This document shows, one piece after another, positions 25,745 through 32,000 of a stretch of 32,000 nt of DNA. Source of the DNA: Candidatus Heimdallarchaeota archaeon B3_Heim (GTDB taxonomy: Archaea > Asgardarchaeota > Heimdallarchaeia > Hodarchaeales > Hodarchaeaceae); NCBI GenBank assembly GCA_003144275.1, contig NJBF01000040.1, positions 1 through 32,000 on the forward strand. The letters run 5' to 3'. The position numbers were made by a program, and so were the translations under genes. The notes under the pieces are model-generated. The model had not been told where the DNA came from, searched no databases, and saw only the letters and a program-made list of their open reading frames with translations. Within the stretch, counting starts at the first letter, position 1. Each line of letters begins with the position of its first letter.

Positions 25745-27079
25745 TTAATTCTCCTTTGAGATTTGAGGTGTAATTGTCTCAATTACCTGTTGTAAATATT
25801 GCAATTGTTTTTCAGTATGAGCAAAGGATAAAGCACCAACACCATGCATACCAGTAATATGTCGATTTAACAAGGCTAATTGTGTCAAGGCCTCTTTTTT
25901 CTTGTCACCAAAATGAACAATTTCAGCAGGATCAGACCCATCTAATACTTTTGAAAGTGAATGAAGTGTAACAAGTGATTTGTGACCTACTGCTAAGTAA
26001 GAGAACTGTTTTTCAATGAAGAACTGATTTAAATTCATAATAAGCGATGTACCAAGTTTATTGATCCGATTGTATTGTTCTGAAGAAGTTTTCAGTACAT
26101 TGAGCATTTCTAAACCAGCGATCATTGAAAGAGGGTAGCTAGAAAAGGTTCCACCACCAATCCAAACACGGTCGTGTAAAGTTGGATTCGCCTGCTCAAC
26201 AATATCATGTCTTCCACCAATAGCACCGATCGGAAAACCCCCGCCAATAATTTTTCCCATTGTGGTAAGGTCAGGGTACACTCCTAATTCATTTTGGTAC
26301 AATGAATTACAGAATCGATAACCTGTAATTATTTCATCAAAGATTAAAAGAATATTATGACGTTCTGTTTCCTCCCGAAGCAGCTGTAAAAATTCAAGCT
26401 CAAGAGAAAAGCCACCTCCACCTCCCTGCACGGGTTCAACAATGATAGCAGCTAAGTCGTTCTTGTGTCGTTTTAAAATCTCTACAACAGCTTGGTCGTT
26501 AATATCTATTGATATCACTCCAGCCTCTTTATCATCTAAAATTCCTCGGGTTTCTTTTCCCGTTAATGGTGCACGTACGTCATAGAATAAGGTATCTGCT
26601 GCCCCATGCCATCCAAATTTAGCTTTAGCAACTTTTTTCTTACCAGTAAATGCACGAGCTAATCGAGTAGCATACATAGTAGCTTCTGTACCACTTGTAC
26701 AAAATCTTATATTCTCTAAACTTGTATTATCTTCAATTAGCTTCTCTGCCAGCAAGACTTGATACTCCAGAACTGTTCCTAAATGCCATGTGTTCTCCAA
26801 CTGTTGTTCAACTTTTTTCTGGATTGTGGGATTGGAATAACCTGTAATCATAGCATAATGGGCTCCCCAGTAATCATCATATACTATATCATCGATATCC
26901 GTCACAGTCGCTCCATGCCCCTCCTGTATAAACGGGGGGAAAGCTCCTATAAGAGGAAGATTTAGATTCCGTATATTATGGGATACACCCCCAGCAAGAA
27001 CGTTATTCGACCGGTTCCACATTTTCTTAGAGTTTGGATGGGAAGTAATATATTTAGTCAACTCTTTCTTTAAAAACAA
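25745..27079 (-). CDS. Class III PLP aminotransferase, glutamate-1-semialdehyde aminomutase (HemL)-like
   Basis: RFCTSGTEATMYATRLARAFTG, WHG, IIVEPV, LIFDEIITGYR, TMGKIIGGGFPIG (PLP lysine), GGTF; TTG start with AGGTGA at 27087-27092. Confidence 0.88.
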   Translation of the reverse strand: MFLKKELTKYITSHPNSKKMWNRSNNVLAGGVSHNIRNLNLPLIGAFPPFIQEGHGATVTDIDDIVYDDYWGAHYAMITGYSNPTIQKKVEQQLENTWHLGTVLEYQVLLAEKLIEDNTSLENIRFCTSGTEATMYATRLARAFTGKKKVAKAKFGWHGAADTLFYDVRAPLTGKETRGILDDKEAGVISIDINDQAVVEILKRHKNDLAAIIVEPVQGGGGGFSLELEFLQLLREETERHNILLIFDEIITGYRFCNSLYQNELGVYPDLTTMGKIIGGGFPIGAIGGRHDIVEQANPTLHDRVWIGGGTFSSYPLSMIAGLEMLNVLKTSSEQYNRINKLGTSLIMNLNQFFIEKQFSYLAVGHKSLVTLHSLSKVLDGSDPAEIVHFGDKKKEALTQLALLNRHITGMHGVGALSFAHTEKQLQYLQQVIETITPQISKEN

Positions 27080-27193
27080 TTGAAAGTCACCTACTCCATG
27101 CGAATATAAGAGATTAAGCTAATATGTGCTAATATTATTGCTGTGATTAAAAAGAAATCCGGTTAACCTATTTTCGATTATAGCTGAAATTAT

Positions 27194-27224
27194 AAAAAAA
27201 AAGAAGAGAGAAGAATGGAAAAAA
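27194..27224 (-). terminator. Oligo-T/pyrimidine-rich terminator candidate
   Basis: Pyrimidine run ending in T9 on the minus strand right after the stop at 27225. Confidence 0.5.
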
Positions 27225-28661
27225 TTAAAGCTTCTTGAAGAAACTCTCTTGAGATAGTTGTTCCAGTTCCCTGATTTTTGGCAAGACACTATACAACATT
27301 ATTTGCTCTAAATCGTCTCGAAAAGAAGTAAAATGCTCATCTTCCATAAACGGGTCCTGAAATTTCGAACGTATCTTAAAGGAAGGTTCTTCCCCTTTCA
27401 AATTCCAGAAGATATTGAGTTTTGTGTCTGTGATATGATAAATATGATTACGTAGATCAATATCTTTATCTACTATATCTGTAGGCCACTTCGAAAAAGC
27501 CAGATAAGCACCAAAGAATAGTAGTAAGGGCACAATCACAAATCTTATGGTTGTGGCAGCAACACGAGCATTCTCAGCTACACTTCCAAAAGAAATAACA
27601 GCTAAGACCACTCCAAGCAAGAATATCAATAATCCAAACGTGACAATAAGCTTGGGTGCTCTAAGAACTTTTGGTTCAAAAGAATGCCAGAAATTTGGAA
27701 TAGTAAATCGAGCTCGCTTTTGATCACCAGAAAGTGCCTTTAACTTTCTAAGCTCCTTACGCGTTTTATTTCCTGCGTAATAATGAAAACTATCATACCT
27801 GACTTTCTCAAGCTCCCATTCTGAATTTACTTTTCGAATATATACAAAAAATGGTGCATAATCCATATCGTGGGTCGCATGGGTAAACGCGGGTGGTTCT
27901 CGCCACCAAAAGTATAATGCAATTATACCTGCAATGATAAACACCGCGGCTACATAACTAAACCTTAGTTGATATTCTAAAGTTACGAATTCTCCAATAA
28001 TATCCTCACTTAGAATTGTAGGATGCCATGCTTCAGCTCCTTCAACTACTTCTCCAGTTGGTTTCGTGAGAAACATTTCAATAAGAAGCGTCCACATCAC
28101 AAGGCCAAAGACCAAGAAAAGATGTTGATTACTGAAGTAAAAAGAACCTTTAGGTAACCCACGTAAAGCTTTTGAAAATTGAACAGCGCCAAGAATGGAA
28201 AATAATGCTCCAATAAGAATAATACTCATGACTGCTGATTGATAAGATAAATAAGAGTAAATTAAAGTACCTATGATTCCAAGAATAAATAGAGGCAGTA
28301 CAGTAACCCAAAAGGAAATGAAGAAGCGTTGTTTTGTCCACACATAAACATGCTGAATGCATTTATGGTCAGGATTATTCAATTCTTCAATCACACGGAA
28401 GTAAGAGCCTCCCCATGCTTTACTTTTACGTTCAGATCGCAATTCCAATCCTGATAATCGTATCTCTGGCATGAACTCCTTAACTAAATCAATATTTTCT
28501 TTTGTGACATCTTCACCGTCTAAGGGAAGAAATAGTCCTTTTTTTCTCATTCCTGCTTTTTCAATCTGTTTTTTCATTGATTTAGTTTGCCATTTAACAT
28601 CCTTAACGTCCTTCTCAGTCTTCTGTAGATCTACAATTTTTCCGAATAGAATTTCTTGCAT
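27225..28661 (-). CDS. Multi-pass membrane protein, 478 aa, unknown function
   Basis: About six hydrophobic helices in two blocks separated by soluble segments; GGTGA RBS upstream of the ATG. Confidence 0.8.
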   Translation of the reverse strand: MQEILFGKIVDLQKTEKDVKDVKWQTKSMKKQIEKAGMRKKGLFLPLDGEDVTKENIDLVKEFMPEIRLSGLELRSERKSKAWGGSYFRVIEELNNPDHKCIQHVYVWTKQRFFISFWVTVLPLFILGIIGTLIYSYLSYQSAVMSIILIGALFSILGAVQFSKALRGLPKGSFYFSNQHLFLVFGLVMWTLLIEMFLTKPTGEVVEGAEAWHPTILSEDIIGEFVTLEYQLRFSYVAAVFIIAGIIALYFWWREPPAFTHATHDMDYAPFFVYIRKVNSEWELEKVRYDSFHYYAGNKTRKELRKLKALSGDQKRARFTIPNFWHSFEPKVLRAPKLIVTFGLLIFLLGVVLAVISFGSVAENARVAATTIRFVIVPLLLFFGAYLAFSKWPTDIVDKDIDLRNHIYHITDTKLNIFWNLKGEEPSFKIRSKFQDPFMEDEHFTSFRDDLEQIMLYSVLPKIRELEQLSQESFFKKL

Positions 28662-28840
28662 GCGTTATCACCAGTGAAAATTTCTGTAGTAATTTTAAAT
28701 CATGATAGATAGGATAAGAATAATAGTCGTTTTTTAAGGTTGCTTATTCAATAAATTCATACTAACATGTGTTCCGACCATCAGAACTACCCTATAGATG
28801 AACCAATAAGTTTTAAGTACAGTAATTTAGCTAGCTTCTT

Positions 28841-30133
28841 ATGGAAATTCTACTTAAAGATATTAAATTACTAGTAGATCCCCATGAAGGGGTAGATCAA
28901 AAACGGGTGAATATTGTCATAGAGGAAGATCGAATTACCGAAATTAGTTCTAATGCACAAATACCCTCACCTGAATATGTGATTGATGGAAAAGCGTTAA
29001 TTGTCCTCCCTCCATCGATAAACAGCCATACACATTTACCTATGACTCTTTTACGAGGATATTCTGACAATAAAGTGTTATACGAGTGGTTAGCCGACAT
29101 TTGGGCCATTGAGGGAAAATTTGATGCCAAATGGATTGAATTAGGCACAAAATTAGCTTGTCTTGAAGCAATTAAAGCAGGAACAGGTGGAACATTTGAT
29201 TTTTATTTTCAAGAAAGTGTAATTGGACGAGTATTGGACCAAGCAGGAATTCGTGGCTGGTTAGGGGCAGGATTATTACCCAGTGCTTTTGTTGACCAAG
29301 GAGGATTAGAATCTCAGCTAAAGGATTTCGAACGGGTGATTGAGGAAGTAAAAACATCCTCCTTACTAAATGCAGCGATTGCTCCCCATTCTCCAACAAC
29401 TGTGGAGGAAGAACACTTGTTACAAGCGAGAGATCTCGCTGCAAAACACAATATTCCCATTTCGATTCATGCTTCCGAAACTAGAAAAGAAGTCCTTGAC
29501 TGTGAAGAAAAGCATGGAGTTCCTCCCGTTGAAAGACTTGATCAAATAAGCTTTTTTCAGGAGGGGACAAAAGAAGTAGTTGCTCATTGTGCTTGGATCA
29601 CGCAACGAGAAGTAGAAATTTTAGGAAAACATCATGCCATGGTCGCCTGGTGCCCGACCTCAGCCCAAAAATTAGCATATGCAGGAGTTACACCCATACC
29701 AGAATTAAGAAAAGCTGGAGCTGTAGTTGCACTGGGAACGGATGGAACAGCCTCAAATAATACATTAGATCTATGGCGAGAGATGCGTGAAGGTGTGAAC
29801 ATGGTTTCTTTTACCCGTTGGGATCCTGCAATCTATCCTGCTGAGGAAGTACTTGAGGATACTCATTGGTCATTTCGAAATTACTTCCTCCCCGAATCAC
29901 AAATAGCAGTAGGAAACAAAGCAGATTTAGTGGTAGTGAATTTCCATTCTCCCCATCTACAACCGATTCACAATGTTGTATCCAATTTAGTTTATGCTGC
30001 GAATGGTAGTGATGTGCATTCATTAGTGGTTGATGGGAAATTACTCATGCATGAACGGAATGTGCTTTCTTTAGATGAAAAGAAAATATTGGATGAGATT
30101 GAAACCAAAGTTCCAGATCTAATAAAGGATTAA
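28841..30133 (+). CDS. mtaD: Amidohydrolase, 5'-methylthioadenosine/S-adenosylhomocysteine deaminase family
   Basis: INSHTHLPM (HxH), WAIE, APHS, IHASE, AHC, LGTDGTASNN, ADLVVV, SNLVYAA. Confidence 0.85.
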   Translation: MEILLKDIKLLVDPHEGVDQKRVNIVIEEDRITEISSNAQIPSPEYVIDGKALIVLPPSINSHTHLPMTLLRGYSDNKVLYEWLADIWAIEGKFDAKWIELGTKLACLEAIKAGTGGTFDFYFQESVIGRVLDQAGIRGWLGAGLLPSAFVDQGGLESQLKDFERVIEEVKTSSLLNAAIAPHSPTTVEEEHLLQARDLAAKHNIPISIHASETRKEVLDCEEKHGVPPVERLDQISFFQEGTKEVVAHCAWITQREVEILGKHHAMVAWCPTSAQKLAYAGVTPIPELRKAGAVVALGTDGTASNNTLDLWREMREGVNMVSFTRWDPAIYPAEEVLEDTHWSFRNYFLPESQIAVGNKADLVVVNFHSPHLQPIHNVVSNLVYAANGSDVHSLVVDGKLLMHERNVLSLDEKKILDEIETKVPDLIKD

Positions 30134-30160
30134 CTTTTGATTAATGAGAGTACGATTGGC

Positions 30161-31474
30161 TCAACAATCGATATATCGGTCAAGTTCCCAGGGAGTGATT
30201 TCCTTCTTCTCAAAACTATATTGGCTTGTAAAATGTTCCCATTCTAACTTTCGTGCCTCATAGAACTCTTGATGGAGATCTTTACCAAGAACAGACTTTG
30301 CTAATTTACTCTTGTGAAATACTTCCAACGCATTAATTAATGTACGAGGAAGTAAATCCACATTTTTCTCTTTAAGTTCACGAGGACTTAATAAATCAGC
30401 ATCAAAATCAGCAGCTGACGGAGGTTCTATTTTTTTTCTTACTCCCTCAAGACCTGCAGCTAATAACATGGCTAAGGTAAAATAGATATTACTGGCAGCA
30501 TCAGCTGCTCGGTACTCAAGACGCCCTGATTCGTACCCTGGAACTCGGATTAATGCTGTTCGATTGGCAATTCCCCAATTAATGTAAACAGGAGCTTCTA
30601 TCCTAGGGACCAATCGTCTATATGAGTTCACGATAGGATTGGTTATAGCTGTAATTTCTCTGGCATATTTCAACTGTCCTGCAATAAAATGTAGAACAAA
30701 TTCGGATAAATCGTTTGCACTTTCCTTAAATAGATCAGTTTTCTCTCCTTTTACCATTTGATGGATATGCATTCCGTTACCTGAGTCATCAATAAAGGGT
30801 TTAGGCATAAACGATATGATCCAGTCCTCTGTGTTGTTTAACGCAACCATCTTGGCAACTTGCTTGAACATCTGAACTCCATCAGCAGCAGCTACCGCAG
30901 GTAATGCCTGAAATTCAATTTCGTGTTGTGATTTTCCCACCTCTGAGTGGAACGTTTTGAAAGGTAAATTAACCAGCTCTAAAGTTTCAATAATCATTTT
31001 TCGGACAAAATATCCCCGATCTCGTGGAGGTAATGCCATGTAAGTGGCAGTATCCACAGGTTTAAGATCAGAGGTTAAGATATAAAACTCCATTTCAGGC
31101 CGAGCATAATAATTCGCATTATATTCCTCTAGTAATGAACGATTGACTTCTGAAAGAATTCCCCTTGGATCAGTCGCAATTCTTTCATGTGTATCAGTAC
31201 TTCGTAAATCACAAAAGACACATGCAGTATTATCTTGCCATGGAACAAGTGTAACAGTAGAAGGATCGGGTACAATAATCATATCAGACCGTTTAGTTCT
31301 AAGAAATCCAATGGACGACCCATCAACTCCAACCTGTTCAATTTTGCTGAAAGCTCTTTTAGAAAGTTCCACACCTTTTAAATTTCCATCTGCTCCCGTG
31401 AATTGTAGTAAAAGGTATTTAGAACCGATTTTTTCCATCTTTTTAATGATATTATCCCTTATTTCTACGGACAT
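30161..31474 (-). CDS. glnA: Glutamine synthetase type I family
   Basis: DGSSI, PEMEFY, HSEV...QHEI, FMPKPF..SGNGMHIH, NSYRRLVP..EAP, NRTALIRVP, RLEYR; AGGTGA RBS at 31481-31486. Confidence 0.92.
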   Translation of the reverse strand: MSVEIRDNIIKKMEKIGSKYLLLQFTGADGNLKGVELSKRAFSKIEQVGVDGSSIGFLRTKRSDMIIVPDPSTVTLVPWQDNTACVFCDLRSTDTHERIATDPRGILSEVNRSLLEEYNANYYARPEMEFYILTSDLKPVDTATYMALPPRDRGYFVRKMIIETLELVNLPFKTFHSEVGKSQHEIEFQALPAVAAADGVQMFKQVAKMVALNNTEDWIISFMPKPFIDDSGNGMHIHQMVKGEKTDLFKESANDLSEFVLHFIAGQLKYAREITAITNPIVNSYRRLVPRIEAPVYINWGIANRTALIRVPGYESGRLEYRAADAASNIYFTLAMLLAAGLEGVRKKIEPPSAADFDADLLSPRELKEKNVDLLPRTLINALEVFHKSKLAKSVLGKDLHQEFYEARKLEWEHFTSQYSFEKKEITPWELDRYIDC

Positions 31475-31590
31475 GTTAGCTCACCTTGAAACAAAGACCT
31501 TGGTACTTAGGTCCGAGATTTCTTTTGAGAGTAAATAATTTTCGTGAGAAAAAAAAGAGGGAGATTGAGGTTTAATTTAATAAAAAATAC

Positions 31591-31971
31591 CTATTCTTTT
31601 AAATTTTCGTAAAATGGGACGAATGGATAGATATACACTCCGATTATTCCCCCTAACCCCGAAAAACTCGCTAAAATTAACAAAATTACGATGTGTACTA
31701 AAAATCCTAATCCTGAATAACCGACAGCCGCTCCCATTAACGCTTCGACAGCTTCTATACCTGTAAATAGGGCAAAATTACTATAAACCAGTAATGCAAC
31801 CAGCATCCCAACAAAACCTGCGAAAAACCCACGAATTGCTCTCTCACTTATAATCAATCCTCCAAATATTGCAGGAACGAAATAAAGCTCCCAATAAGGA
31901 AAGAAAATTAGTTCAAGCCATAATCCTACTGCTGTAATCCCGATTCCTATATGGTATCGATAAGGAAGCAA
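31591..31971 (-). CDS. Small integral membrane protein, 126 aa
   Basis: Four Gly-rich hydrophobic segments; TTG start is uncertain because it lies near the window edge. Confidence 0.7.
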   Translation of the reverse strand: MLPYRYHIGIGITAVGLWLELIFFPYWELYFVPAIFGGLIISERAIRGFFAGFVGMLVALLVYSNFALFTGIEAVEALMGAAVGYSGLGFLVHIVILLILASFSGLGGIIGVYIYPFVPFYENLKE

Positions 31972-32000
31972 TTTAATAATGTTAGCTGTAATTGTTTCTC

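Noticed and set aside
31481-31560. Nitrogen-regulator operator (NrpR GGAA-N6-TTCC or GlnR TGTNA-N7-TNACA) upstream of glnA
   Set aside because: No match found; only a 5-bp inverted repeat (GACCT...AGGTC), too weak to call.
1-32000. CRISPR array, tRNA/rRNA, IS element or integrase
   Set aside because: No regularly spaced repeats, cloverleaf-like GC-rich segments, transposase motifs or terminal inverted repeats were seen by eye; tRNAscan-SE, Infernal and ISEScan would be needed to exclude them formally.

Overview
AT-rich, densely coding prokaryotic window with archaeal-type features: GGAGG/GGTGA ribosome-binding sites, oligo-T terminators, a nurA/herA/mre11/rad50 cluster and a RIO kinase. The gene mix is consistent with an Asgard (Heimdall/Hod-like) archaeon, but that is inference only. 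Left to right: a truncated class C beta-lactamase-like serine hydrolase; a hypothetical protein; a tightly coupled five-gene operon nurA-herA-mre11(sbcD)-rad50(sbcC)-DUF1998 helicase, in which Rad50 has no CXXC zinc hook; an unannotated dppB/oppB 3' remnant; a 1237-aa membrane-anchored subtilase whose post-catalytic domains resemble eukaryotic site-1 protease (S1P/MBTPS1); a small coiled-coil protein; a RIO1-like kinase; a PncC/CinA-like protein lacking its catalytic serine paired with a Pof1-like nucleotidyltransferase; a class V aminotransferase; a solitary AAA+ ATPase/REase-like/wHTH protein; a tandem wHTH protein; an unannotated COG1237 metallo-beta-lactamase remnant; larE; a galactokinase-like kinase; an apparently inactivated Mrr-like endonuclease domain; a HemL-like aminotransferase; a membrane protein with a split Vps62/NPP1-like motif set; mtaD; glnA; and a small membrane protein. 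No rRNA, tRNA, CRISPR array or transposase was recognised. All family calls come from motif reading by eye, with no database search.
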